Positions 22,501 to 30,938 of a stretch of DNA of 64,000 bases are shown here, one piece after another. Location: positions 32,001 through 96,000 of the IMG/VR virus record IMGVR_UViG_3300027709_000056, one strand, 5' to 3'. Source of the DNA: a virus. The notes under the pieces were generated by a model. The model saw nothing but the letters and a program-made list of their open reading frames with translations. It did no database searches and was not told the origin of the DNA. Every line of letters begins with the position of its first letter. Position 1 is the stretch's first letter. Both the position numbers and the translations under genes were made by a program.

Positions 22501-25500
22501 TGATAAAAATAATTTAATTGTATCATCTAGAGGTGGCGACCTTATTTCAACTACAACATTTGATGCTAATACTGTAGTTGCTACTACACTTGATAATAAT
22601 CTTACTCAGTTTAAAACAGCAAACGAAGATAGTGGACAAGTTCTTGTATTCCAAAGATTTAATAATACATTAATTTATAGCGAAAGATTTGTTTATAATA
22701 ATCCTGCAACTCGTAGGTTTGGTGAAAATTTATTATTCAGAGATAATCATGTTTATGTTTCAATGCCTGAATTAACAATATCAACAACTGATAACGAGAT
22801 GGGCACTATACTTGACTTTAGACGTGATAGAGTTACACTATCATGGACTACTTTACGTACACCTATTGATCAAATTGATATAGAAAAATATAGAGGTGTG
22901 TTTATTTACGACACAAGAGATAATTCGTTAACTAAACAAATAGATTATATTGATCCTATCCAAGGAAAGATTGCTGGTACGGCTGAAGAAGAATTATCAT
23001 ATAAAACACCATATGACCCAGCAGTTTATACAACTGGAGAAGCTCCAGCTGTGGTTGATTCTGGAGGATACTGGGGTGAAAAATATGTTGGAAAACTTTG
23101 GTGGGATTTAAGTACTATAAAATTTCATAATCCTTACCAAGGCGACATAATTTATCAAACTGCTAACTGGGGTCGTTTATTTACAGGCGCAAGTGCTGAT
23201 ATTTACGAGTGGGTTGAAACTACACTTAAACCTTCAGAGTGGTTAGAACAAGCAGATACAGAAGAAGGATTAACTAAAGGAATTAGTGGAACACCTAAAT
23301 ATGATGATAATACTTTAGTGACAGGAAGAGTATTTGATAAACAAGGACAGTCTTTTTCTAACAAGTATTACTACTGGATTAAAAATAGAAAAATTATTCC
23401 AGGAATAATAGATAGAAAAACTAGTGCATATGATGTTGCACAATTAATTGCAGATCCACAAGCACAAGGATATCAATTTATAGCACCACTTTCAAACAAT
23501 AGATTTGCTTTGTATAATTGTGCAAATTTACTTTCAGGAGATAATTCTGCAATTAACTTCCGTTATTGGAATATTGAAACACCAACAAATATCCATAATG
23601 AATATCAAATTTTAAGTGATGGCTTGGGTACAAGTAGACCTAAACAGGAATTAGAACGTAAATGGTTTGATAGTTTAATTGGTTGGGATACAAAAATGAG
23701 ATCTGTTCCAGATCATGCATTAAGTGTAAAACAACGATATGGTATTTTAAATCGTCCAAGACAAAGTATGTTTGTTAATAGACTTGAAGGTGTTAAACAA
23801 TTTGTTGAACGAGTTAATTTAGTTTTTAAGCAAAACATAATTATTGATGAATATGATATTAGTAAATTTAATTTAGTTGATCCATTACCTACATTAAATT
23901 CTGGAACGTATGATGCAGTTGTTGATACGTATGCTGAAATAGTTTATGTTGGTACGGCTAAAGTTGAACAAGCTATCTTAACGCCAACTTGGGTTAATGG
24001 TAAGTTAACAGATGTAAAAATTACTAATCCTGGGCGTGGATATAAAGTACCACCTACATATGACTTTGCTAATATTGGTAATGGTAGTGGTGCTGTTATA
24101 ACTTTAACAATTGATACTTTAGGAAAAATTACTTCAGCAGTTATTAAATATGAAGGTAAAGATTATCCAAGTACTACTTCTATTGAAGTTAGAAAGTTTA
24201 GCACACTTATTAAAACAGACGAAACAGTCCAAAATAAATGGGCTATTTACGGATATAATGCAACTTCAAAAACGTGGGAAAGAACTGCAAGTCAAAGTTA
24301 TAATGTACCTAAGTTTTGGTCTTATGCTAATTGGTATGCTATGGGGTATACTCAGTTTACAGATGTTGATTATCTAATAGACGAAAGTTATCAATTAACA
24401 GCTTTAGATGATAGTATTGGTGATATAATTAAAATTAAAACAGTTGGTTCAGGTGGTTGGTTACTATTAGAGAAAACATCTGATGCGCCTGCTGTAGATT
24501 ATACTACTAATTATAAAACAATTGGTAGAGCAAACGGAACCCTTGAATTATCTTCAAAGTTATATAATTATCCAGCTTCACATATTGGTTATGATGCTTT
24601 AAGTTATGATACTAGTGATTATGATAATCAACCAGTACATGAACTTAGATTAATATTACAAGCACTACGTGATGATATTTTAATAGATGATCTTGCAGTA
24701 GAATATAATAAGTTATTCTTTTCAAGTGTACGTTATGCATTTTCAGAACAAAAATATGTTGACTGGGCATTTAAAACAAGCTTCATGAAAGCAAAACATA
24801 ACATAGGAGATCTTAAACAAAAAATTACTTTCCAAAACGATAATCTTTCTAGTTATGAAGATTTTGTAGCAGAAGCAAAACCGTATAAAACAAAAATTAG
24901 AGAATACTTAACTTCGTATACAAAAACAGATCCTACAAATTCGTCAGTAACTGATTTCGATTTACCACCAGCTTATAATGTACAAGATGGTAAAATTGTT
25001 CCGTCTGCTTTAAAAATAAAAGACGATGCAGTATATGGAGTAGATCCAGGGTTAGTAACTTATCCAAATAAACATTGGAAAGAAAATTTAGGATATGACG
25101 TTGTAGAAATACAAATTAAAGATGGTGGAACAGGATATCTTGAGGTTCCAGTAATTACATTTAGTGGCGGTGGCGGAACAGGAGCCAAAGCTAGAGCATA
25201 TATTGGTACCGGTGGAAAAATTACTGCAATTATGATGACAAATGTTGGGTCAGGATACTTATCTGCACCAACAGTTATTATTAATGGTACACAATCAGAT
25301 GATGGTAAGGAAGCAAGTGTTTCAGCTAAACTAGGCAATGGAAAAGTTCGTAATAGTCATATTATATCAAAGTATGATAGAGTTACAGGAACATTTTTAA
25401 TTACAACATTAACAGAAACACAAAACTTTACAGGTAATGCAAGTGAAATTAATTTTGATTTAACATGGCCAATGGACTTAAGGCCTTCACAAATTGAAGT

Positions 25501-28270
25501 TACAGTTGCAAACATTGAATCATTAAACAGTGAGTACACATACTCTAATGTTGCAGATGAAACTAAGACTTATACAAGATATAAAGGTCGTATAACATTT
25601 ACTAATCCGCCAGCTAATAATGCCGCTATTGTGGTCAAGTATAGTAAATCAATTAATATGCTTCAAGCACAAGACCGTATTAGTTTATTTTATAAACCAA
25701 CAGACGGAATGCTAGGAAATGATATAGCACAATTAATGGATGGTATTGATTACGGTGGTGTAGAAGTTAGAAGTTTTGATTTTGGTGGAGGCGCAGGTTG
25801 GAGTTCAGAGCCTTGGTATACATCAACTTGGGATACGTATGATAATACGTATGAAGACGAAGTCTTTACATTAGATGGCAGTACAAATGTTTTTGCTCTT
25901 GCAAAACCATTAGAAGATGGCGTAATTTATAATGTTTATAAAAATGGTGTTAGAGTAGACGATCCAGAATATGATGGTAGTACTGTACCGGGTAATCCTA
26001 GTGCAGTTATGCAATCTATTACAGGTGATGGTACAACACAAACTGTTCAACTTAATGAAGAATTAATTCCAACAGTTGATGGCGATGTAATTATTATTAG
26101 AAAGTCTTCAAGCGATGGAAGTTTTATTCCAGATCCAGATGCATATGATACATTATTACAAGGTGGCGATATGGCATATACATCAGCAAGGGGTCTTGCA
26201 TCGGAAGAAATTGTTGTTGATGGTGATGGCTTTGTTACAGAATTAACATCAAAAGGTCCAGAAGAATTAATTCCAGGACAAGTTCTTGATACAGTTGATT
26301 TTAAAGTTTATGATAGATCTACAGATGGATCAAGTATTATTAGTAGTCATAATTATTTTGGGGATGGATCTAAAACTGCATTTCCTATTACTAACATACC
26401 AGCAAGTCAAACAGATTTATTTGTAAAAGTAAATGGAATAATTTTAGATGCTACTCAATATACTGTAAATTATCAAACTAAACAAGTTGTGATTACTAAC
26501 GCACCAGGACTTGACGAGCAAGTACACATTTCAACAATGTCAAACAATGGTGAAAAAATTATAGACTTTGATTCATTTGTTGGCGACGGTTCAACATCAC
26601 AGTTTGTTACGTCGGTTATTTATAAAACAGGATTGTCATATACATTAACAGTAGATGGCGAAACAGTACAAACTGATCTAGATGAAACCGATGCTACATA
26701 TGAAGTACCAGGTAGGGTTGTTTTTAAATTAGGAACTGTACCTAACTCTGATGCAGTAATTCAATATGTAATTTATGATAGTGTTAGTAAAGCATTTAGC
26801 CAACTATCAACAGAAGCATTTACTGGCAATGGAGTTGACGCATCATTCACATTAAGTCAAGTACCATTTACTAGTGAACCAACTAGTCATAACATTATAG
26901 TTAAATTAAATAATAAGATTTTAAGTGCAGGATATAATCAACAATTTACAGTTGTTGCAGGACGTGAATATCAATTAAGACAATGGCAAATTTCAACAGC
27001 AACTATTAGTTCTGAAAATGTGTATGTTTTCTTAAATGGTGTTCAGTTAGAAATAGGAATAGAATGGCGTTGGGACACATATAATGGAACAGCAGTATTA
27101 TTTGATACTACAGGAACCATAGGTGATAACTTAGAAGTGTTTGTACTTGATAGTGGAGATTATCAATTAGGATACTTTGATAGTGGAACATCTTTATTTG
27201 TTAAAACACCTAATAAAGTTTATTTAGATGTTGTTCCAGCTAATGGTGATATACTAACAATCTATCAATTTAGTAAGCATGATATTAGAAAAATTGAGAG
27301 AGAAGTATTTGATGTTGTAGCAAGAAATGACGTTACAGTTGGTACTGATGGTTATACAGAGTATCATCAATTAACTAAAGGAATAATTAGATTACGTGAA
27401 GAAGCCTTTGATGCTGAATATGTGTGGGTTACATTAAATCAAGACTTATTAACTCCAAGCATTGATTATTATGTTACAGATGATAAAAAACATATCAAAA
27501 TTGTAGTTGATATCGATCCTAATGATAAGATAGAAGTAATTCATTTTACTAATCCTATTATTGTTCCAAAATTTGGATTTAGAATTTTCAAAGATATGTT
27601 GAATAGAACACATTATAAACGACTTGGAGATGATAATAAATATACATTAGCAGAAGATTTACATTGGTATGATAGCAGAATTTATGTAACAAATTATGAT
27701 CGTTTACCTCTTCCTAACAAGGATAAAGGTATTCCAGGAATAATTTTTATAAACAGCGAACGTATTGAGTATTATTTGAAGGAAGGTGGAGCTATTAGGC
27801 AGTTACGTAGAGGCACGTTAGGTACAGGTATTGCAGAGTTACATAAAGCTGGATCAGAGTTAATTGATCAGAGCGGAACGCAAACAATACCATATACTGA
27901 TGAGACAAAAACGCAGGTATTTGAAGCAGATGGGTCTACAGCGGCTATTACAGTTGATTTTATTCCAAAAACTGTTAATGAATTTGAAGTATTTGTAGCA
28001 GGTAAGCGATTACGTAAAAATGCAATTAGTTCATTCGATGTAACGCTTAATTTAGATAGTCCTGAAGGAGATGTTACGTTACCACCTGAATTTAGTGTAG
28101 ATGGTACAACATCAACGGTGACATTATTAAATACACCAGCTATTAATAGTAAAATTATAGTGGTGAGAAAGCTCGGAAGAACTTGGACTGATCTAGGTAC
28201 TCCGTTGCATAGACAGGAAAACAACATAGGGCGTTTCTTAAGAAGCAAAGAGGTTGCGTTACCTAAATAA
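13550..28270 (+). CDS. Giant (4906 aa) multidomain virion structural protein, probably the gp7-equivalent baseplate wedge with adhesion modules
   Basis: Uninterrupted ORF coupled to gp6 (TAATG overlap); FG-GAP-like repeats (KFGSSVALTDDGEHLVIGVP, GFGQAIAVSDDGTLVAVGAP), four W/F-x4-Y-x2-G/N-D/Q/E-x-V-x6-Y/W repeats, FxGDGS repeats, G.GY...P.V repeats. Confidence 0.7.
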   Translation: MPFTDDQHEYPLPGSGKKPPKRESAELLPRYFRTQHNKKFLNATLDQLNQPGVAEKLSGYFGRRTAKAYEAGDTYIAENNSDRENYQLEPAAVIKDDLNNVTFYKDYLDYINQTRAFGGTVDNHDKLNSQEYYAWNPNIDWDKFTNFREYYWLPGGPIGIGIVGQADNIISTYKVTKKDNLDNNGYVFTPDGLTQNPTLKLYRGQTYIFEIDALGMPLTFRTARSLDPSLLYSKGLDDSTQTVDVGTITWTIDNSAPDTLYYVNGNDINASGLIQIADAIENSSIDVENEIVGKKTYTMTNGYSLSNGMKVYFQGNVTPTKYATGEWYVEGVGNEIKLVHEKDLEIPATYSTNKPVPFDTEGFDRLPYSNANSFAGVKDYLVINRASRSRSPWTRYNRWFHRDVIETVATINGTPTEIDQDYRAKRPIIEFEAGLKLYNFGTSAKDDIDLLDTFTKDVFSDIEGATGYNIDGLDIVDNMRILFTADPDSRVKGKIFKVKFITHNLVRQISLIEETDTNPIENETVLVRNGETYKGKMWFYNGTDWKAGQDKTIINQTPLFELYDSVGYSFANNTYYAASTFKGNKVFSYKVGAGTVNDAELGFSLSYRALENTGDILFDFNLLSDNFAYQKDNAVLTKNTDIGLLRVYTAINTFTYTSGWIKAKANSRQHVIRQYVVTTKFNDFAIDVYDRSGDLNDLWDRVYVNNVRQYNGVDYVLNRINGTAFVTFVKKLKEDDVLLIKTNSATKKNVNGYYEMPLNLERNPLNNNVLTFTLGEVTDHVQSMTEYRDDTTGTFPGNTNLRDLGDLAPYGRRFVQHSGPINLALFSITDQESNIIHAIRHASKEYGKFRRLFLQEANQLGFDGETKEHFDRVMKKVVRSKTNDMPYYFSDMIGIGTSTKTTHTVEDIDTVFYALAQDFGLSDLSSRAVYVYKNGVQLVHGVDYYFPEEDQPGFVAITGTKVIGDVLDVYEYETSDGSYIPPTPSKLGLYPAYKPYKFLDDTYQVPTEVIQGHDGNIFVCYGDFRDDLLLELEKRIYNNIKCAYDKTIIDIHEFVGGESRDTGFTKWQRDRALITDFTAWLSNVGDLDYSDYGFYQRTNSFTFNYGSMTSPKGAKLPGYWRGIYKEAYDTDRPHTHPWETLGYTLEPTWWKTVYGPAPYTSENKILWQDIEDGVIREPGKSLTYLPAYARKDITKHIPVDDVGKLLSPLDSNYAKNYVLALTEGPFEFGDEAPTETAWRRSSEYPFAFIVSWILNQPSKIVGLGFDRSRIIRNPAKEIVYSETSKRLRLKDLVFPNTHMDTVRVSTSGLVNYIFDYIGSRTLVSYDAYKKNLTTLTNQLGFKVAGFTNKAKFKLLLDSRTPYNEGNVFVPDENYKVFLNSSSVVDLVSYSGVIIEKQPAGFIVKGYDKANPYFKYFAVRERANDPVERVGGVTDSFVIWKSNQTYVEGQTVEFTNEYYRVKEGHISTGDFNSSFFAKLVELPISGGVSAYFRREFDTEPPFINSTLELSYGHLFRTVQEVVDFLLGYGAWLEWKGFDFNWFNKDINSVENWTLSAKEFLFWTTQNWNADSVITLSPAANKFKFRKDFYVSDNIFDSFYDYTLLKADGKKLLPEFVNVYRSVNNEFQITTKNSADGVYAVKLPLIQKEHVVLLDNHTVFNDIVYDLEPGYRQERIKVLGYRTDDWTGNLNIPGFIYDNAICTDWIQYQDYAIGDTVRYKEFYYVAKIKIPGTESFEAENWVRLDEKPTSELIPNLDYKAKQFKDFYDLDTDNFDTEQQRMSQHLIGYQKRNYLSNIINDDVSQYKFYQGFIQDKGTQNSLTKLFDALSNADKDSIEFYEEWGIKLGQYGSAEAFDEIEFKLDEAKFKLSPQPLELVDTILGTETDLIYRQRPFEVYLKPNNYDHKPFPTKYKATDYIPTAGFVNESDVKLTVATYDDILTQDIKTLNVGDYVWAGTRGTTWDVVKYISTTDRVTAITSDTDAGTTTIKLNTQARYEANEIIGILDVTDAEKFFKVKSVSLDTVICYANGTTEDVEVATGFVTTFTSSRVASLTEANTKAINSSLKVGELFWIDDDDSSRWIVLENKPAFTSHSLVTNPESGIDHEFGKVIASDDRNTILIASAPGLEKVYVFLRTTEGTPYALAQEIDAPTGLYTGNGKFGSSVALTDDGEHLVIGVPEASNIKTKFKGNFDTATSYVAGELVKHLETFWEAQWPVAPATGALTFPSFASTSKIQESHYDAGANSYPTIVFAIRGDYNLDVTTDHILVRAPTSQYNGSAPNDKLVLNWNEFSQNYPTGILPWGSTGPGVAAFEGSKIIAAKIDAVLYVDNLIRVPNVGDSLSSSAALGEVAYIRIENVSQAIIYMKDVSGQFSATDEIFLNAVSCGTYTLIQPEGGASTFAGWWKIDGFTPFTTTLTSAQNIQTPNFVLQDFILQSESRSPVVFGNTMDDVRALSLITDPTRGGRLGHLSYYDKNGLPNLSELWFIRAPKVFTDPANPTDPLNIWVNTIRGGVEPISVFDPATLGLTFSYLNDTTHTIHDLWSGFIDVTFTNFDGFGNPYIPQEGDTVIDDTTGAEAEVSYLQEQLLTCRLYLKSRVGTFRFGVNNGETSTISIKDAISLGVNRLSGRLDHADMDSATTGEMVVVKNTDSTQFPVTSSTFQNELEVHFYSSSTVSGIAQTPSYPTPLNKDWLQYYNIPAHTEGVAGSYTNEGMYLAYAKTDSREYSLNYGYIIPDRGNNKYVGKQLEFATDNKLHYLYVSTGDLNTVGNAGRIYFVKHGTDADANEYSYALGKDKYYKGTFSNSQTYFENDIVLYTSKFYQSKTNLAAGAFQTSLWTELSTHIDYVGHIPNDSGLTVDGENIADQSTIKNFAQPFAESKDGSVLVVVAEYTDTNPKILIYRLNNGHYEFSQVIVTPNADIGFGQAIAVSDDGTLVAVGAPLQDEVNDNNGAVYVYRLVSGSFIWSQTLYSPEDDVAERFGASLDFDKNNLIVSSRGGDLISTTTFDANTVVATTLDNNLTQFKTANEDSGQVLVFQRFNNTLIYSERFVYNNPATRRFGENLLFRDNHVYVSMPELTISTTDNEMGTILDFRRDRVTLSWTTLRTPIDQIDIEKYRGVFIYDTRDNSLTKQIDYIDPIQGKIAGTAEEELSYKTPYDPAVYTTGEAPAVVDSGGYWGEKYVGKLWWDLSTIKFHNPYQGDIIYQTANWGRLFTGASADIYEWVETTLKPSEWLEQADTEEGLTKGISGTPKYDDNTLVTGRVFDKQGQSFSNKYYYWIKNRKIIPGIIDRKTSAYDVAQLIADPQAQGYQFIAPLSNNRFALYNCANLLSGDNSAINFRYWNIETPTNIHNEYQILSDGLGTSRPKQELERKWFDSLIGWDTKMRSVPDHALSVKQRYGILNRPRQSMFVNRLEGVKQFVERVNLVFKQNIIIDEYDISKFNLVDPLPTLNSGTYDAVVDTYAEIVYVGTAKVEQAILTPTWVNGKLTDVKITNPGRGYKVPPTYDFANIGNGSGAVITLTIDTLGKITSAVIKYEGKDYPSTTSIEVRKFSTLIKTDETVQNKWAIYGYNATSKTWERTASQSYNVPKFWSYANWYAMGYTQFTDVDYLIDESYQLTALDDSIGDIIKIKTVGSGGWLLLEKTSDAPAVDYTTNYKTIGRANGTLELSSKLYNYPASHIGYDALSYDTSDYDNQPVHELRLILQALRDDILIDDLAVEYNKLFFSSVRYAFSEQKYVDWAFKTSFMKAKHNIGDLKQKITFQNDNLSSYEDFVAEAKPYKTKIREYLTSYTKTDPTNSSVTDFDLPPAYNVQDGKIVPSALKIKDDAVYGVDPGLVTYPNKHWKENLGYDVVEIQIKDGGTGYLEVPVITFSGGGGTGAKARAYIGTGGKITAIMMTNVGSGYLSAPTVIINGTQSDDGKEASVSAKLGNGKVRNSHIISKYDRVTGTFLITTLTETQNFTGNASEINFDLTWPMDLRPSQIEVTVANIESLNSEYTYSNVADETKTYTRYKGRITFTNPPANNAAIVVKYSKSINMLQAQDRISLFYKPTDGMLGNDIAQLMDGIDYGGVEVRSFDFGGGAGWSSEPWYTSTWDTYDNTYEDEVFTLDGSTNVFALAKPLEDGVIYNVYKNGVRVDDPEYDGSTVPGNPSAVMQSITGDGTTQTVQLNEELIPTVDGDVIIIRKSSSDGSFIPDPDAYDTLLQGGDMAYTSARGLASEEIVVDGDGFVTELTSKGPEELIPGQVLDTVDFKVYDRSTDGSSIISSHNYFGDGSKTAFPITNIPASQTDLFVKVNGIILDATQYTVNYQTKQVVITNAPGLDEQVHISTMSNNGEKIIDFDSFVGDGSTSQFVTSVIYKTGLSYTLTVDGETVQTDLDETDATYEVPGRVVFKLGTVPNSDAVIQYVIYDSVSKAFSQLSTEAFTGNGVDASFTLSQVPFTSEPTSHNIIVKLNNKILSAGYNQQFTVVAGREYQLRQWQISTATISSENVYVFLNGVQLEIGIEWRWDTYNGTAVLFDTTGTIGDNLEVFVLDSGDYQLGYFDSGTSLFVKTPNKVYLDVVPANGDILTIYQFSKHDIRKIEREVFDVVARNDVTVGTDGYTEYHQLTKGIIRLREEAFDAEYVWVTLNQDLLTPSIDYYVTDDKKHIKIVVDIDPNDKIEVIHFTNPIIVPKFGFRIFKDMLNRTHYKRLGDDNKYTLAEDLHWYDSRIYVTNYDRLPLPNKDKGIPGIIFINSERIEYYLKEGGAIRQLRRGTLGTGIAELHKAGSELIDQSGTQTIPYTDETKTQVFEADGSTAAITVDFIPKTVNEFEVFVAGKRLRKNAISSFDVTLNLDSPEGDVTLPPEFSVDGTTSTVTLLNTPAINSKIIVVRKLGRTWTDLGTPLHRQENNIGRFLRSKEVALPK

Positions 28271-28273
28271 ATA
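28268..28273 (+). promoter_or_regulatory. Putative late promoter (TAAATA)
   Basis: TAAATAcacttgtagga; shares cttgtagga with the 3882 site. Confidence 0.6.
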
Positions 28274-28291
28274 CACTTGTAGGATATTAAT

Positions 28292-28906
28292 ATGATAGAC
28301 AATTTTAAAGAACAAAACGGTGTACTCTTACAAGGATACATCAAGATTTTTAATCCAGAGACTGGTGAAATCTTCGTAGATAAGCGAAATGCAATACACT
28401 ACGAAAACATGAGTCTTGCATTAGCAGACAGTCTGGCAAACCAAGGCTATGGCTTTATTAATAGCATGGTATTTGGTAATGGTGGTACTTCTGTTGATCC
28501 TACTGGAATTATTACGTATTTGTCACCAAATTCAACGGGCACAAACGCTAGTTTATATAGTCAAACTTATACTAAAGTAATTGATGATAATTCAATTAAC
28601 AATACAGATCCTACACGAAATAAACTAGAAACTCGTCACGTTAGTGGTACAAATTATACAGATATTCTAGCAACTTGTTTACTAGACTATGGCGAACCTG
28701 GCGGACAAGATGCTATTGATAATGCAACAGGAAGTGACAGCCTTTACGTATTTGATGAGCTTGGACTTGTTAGTTATGCAACATCAGGAACAGGACGATT
28801 ACTAACACACGTAATTTTCCATCCAGTACAAAAGAGCTTGAACAGATTAGTTCAAATTGATTACACCGTAAGGGTGCAAAGTTTAACCGGCTTTAATGAG
28901 GCGTAA
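28292..28906 (+). CDS. Baseplate-fibre adaptor / tail-collar fibre protein (DUF3751-like)
   Basis: SMVFGNGGT...LYSQTY...FDELGL...LLTHVIFHPVQK pattern; sits immediately before the fibre genes. Confidence 0.5.
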   Translation: MIDNFKEQNGVLLQGYIKIFNPETGEIFVDKRNAIHYENMSLALADSLANQGYGFINSMVFGNGGTSVDPTGIITYLSPNSTGTNASLYSQTYTKVIDDNSINNTDPTRNKLETRHVSGTNYTDILATCLLDYGEPGGQDAIDNATGSDSLYVFDELGLVSYATSGTGRLLTHVIFHPVQKSLNRLVQIDYTVRVQSLTGFNEA

Positions 28907-28910
28907 GTAA

Positions 28911-30938
28911 ATGGCATATATAGTATCACATACAGACCTTGCTAACAAAGGTACTATTACAGTTGAAGATAATACTATCAACCAAACTACAAGTTTGGAT
29001 ATTCCAGGACGTAATACTACTGCTTATGGTACAGCAATTGCTGATAACTTTTTACACTTACTAGAAAATTTTGCTTTTAATACATCACCAAGAAATCCTG
29101 TCGAAGGTCAACTATGGTATGATACTACTGTAGGCGCTGACCAATTAAAAATTTATGATGGTACAAACTGGATTTCTGCAAGTGGATTAAAAAAAGCAAC
29201 AAACGAACCTGCCGCAAATCAATCAGTAGTAGGTGACCTTTGGGTTGATACAGATAATCAACAACTTTATCTTTATACAGGATCAGGTTGGATTTTAGTC
29301 GGACCGACATTTAGTGATGGATTGTCAACTGGCGTAAAGCCAACAATTATTGTAGGAACAGATAATGTTTCTTATACAGTTTTACAAGTAGAAATAAAAG
29401 CAAAAGTAGCCGCAATTATTTCAGCAGATACATTTACTCCAAAAATTGTTATTACAGGATTTACTACAGTTAATCCAGGATATAATTTAAGTACAGCAGA
29501 CATTACAGGTGATGGTGCAGGAAAATATTATGGAGTTGCAGAAAAGGCAGAGAACTTAATTGTTGGAAGTCAAACAGTACCAGCATCTAGCTTTTTAAGA
29601 AATGATGTAACAAGTACAAGTTTATTTGCACTTAAAGTTAAAAATAATTCTGGTATTATTGTTGGAGCGGATAGTGCCATGTCAATTGGCGTTGAAGGCC
29701 AAGCAGGTATTATTGCCCACCAAACATCAGGATCTAATATTGATATAAGAGTTAATGATGCTGGCGAAATTAAAACAGTTATTAGAATTGATTCAGAAGC
29801 TAGAGTAGGTATTAATAATTTATCACCAGATCAAGCGTTAGATGTTACAGGTAATATTCAAACTAGTAATTTGTTACTAGTTGAAGGAACTACAGATTCG
29901 TCAACTATTAGTACAGGTAGTATTACAACTAAAGGTGGCGTAGGAATTGCTAAAAAATTATTTGTAGGTGGTGATAGTAATATTGCAGGACTACTTACAA
30001 CACAAAATATTATTCCAAACGTAACGAATGCACGTAATATAGGAACTGTAAATGAACAATGGCTAAACGTATATGCACAAAATTTTATAGGTAACTTAAC
30101 AGGAAATATCACAGGTACAGTTAGTGGACGTTCAGGCTCAGCAGATAAACTTGCGAGTCCAACAACATTCCAACTGACTGGAGATGTTTCAGCACCGTCG
30201 TTTAGTTTTGATGGACAAGACGAAAGTACTAAAACATTTACAACATCTATTGCAAATAGTTTTATTGCTAATAAAGACGAAAGTGCTACAACTCAAGTTG
30301 ATGATGAATTTTTAATTAATAGAGTAAGCGGAACTACTGGTGTATATAAAGTTAATAGAACTAACTTGTTTAGTGCTATGCCAACATATCCAATTGGGGC
30401 TATTACAATGTATGGCGGTTTAGTACCACCAAATGGTTGGTTAATGTGTGACGGTACTGAAATTCTAATTGCATTATATCAGAATTTATTTACTGCTATT
30501 CAATATAATTTTAAAGATATTACACTTGTTACAGCAGGGTCGTTTGCTTTACCAGATTTAAGAGGTAGATTTCCATTAGGTGCAGATAACATGGGCGGCG
30601 AAAGTGCTAATACAGTTACAAGTGCGGCGGCAGATAATATAGGAACACATAGCGGTCAACAAGACCAACAAGTTGCTGTTACAAATTTACCAGAACACGA
30701 ACATGATTTAAGAGGTGATAGTGGAGATCAATTTTATTCTTATAGAAAAGTTGCAGGCAATCCTAATGATTTAGGAAATATAGTATATGGTGCATTAGAA
30801 GGAGCAACTGGCGGTCAGGCTATGCCAACAAGTGGTGGAGTATTAACAGGACAAACATTAGGACAAGCAGTAGATATTATGAATCCATATATGACAATTA
30901 ATTATATCATATATGCAGGTGAGGCAGTAGAAAGCTAA
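28911..30938 (+). CDS. Tail fibre with phage tail-collar domain (gp10/gp12-like)
   Basis: C-terminal PIGAITMYGG..PPNGWLMCDG...FALPDLRGRFPLG, HEH metal motif, MNPYMTINYII; N-terminal anchor domain shared with the next two ORFs. Confidence 0.8.
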   Translation: MAYIVSHTDLANKGTITVEDNTINQTTSLDIPGRNTTAYGTAIADNFLHLLENFAFNTSPRNPVEGQLWYDTTVGADQLKIYDGTNWISASGLKKATNEPAANQSVVGDLWVDTDNQQLYLYTGSGWILVGPTFSDGLSTGVKPTIIVGTDNVSYTVLQVEIKAKVAAIISADTFTPKIVITGFTTVNPGYNLSTADITGDGAGKYYGVAEKAENLIVGSQTVPASSFLRNDVTSTSLFALKVKNNSGIIVGADSAMSIGVEGQAGIIAHQTSGSNIDIRVNDAGEIKTVIRIDSEARVGINNLSPDQALDVTGNIQTSNLLLVEGTTDSSTISTGSITTKGGVGIAKKLFVGGDSNIAGLLTTQNIIPNVTNARNIGTVNEQWLNVYAQNFIGNLTGNITGTVSGRSGSADKLASPTTFQLTGDVSAPSFSFDGQDESTKTFTTSIANSFIANKDESATTQVDDEFLINRVSGTTGVYKVNRTNLFSAMPTYPIGAITMYGGLVPPNGWLMCDGTEILIALYQNLFTAIQYNFKDITLVTAGSFALPDLRGRFPLGADNMGGESANTVTSAAADNIGTHSGQQDQQVAVTNLPEHEHDLRGDSGDQFYSYRKVAGNPNDLGNIVYGALEGATGGQAMPTSGGVLTGQTLGQAVDIMNPYMTINYIIYAGEAVES

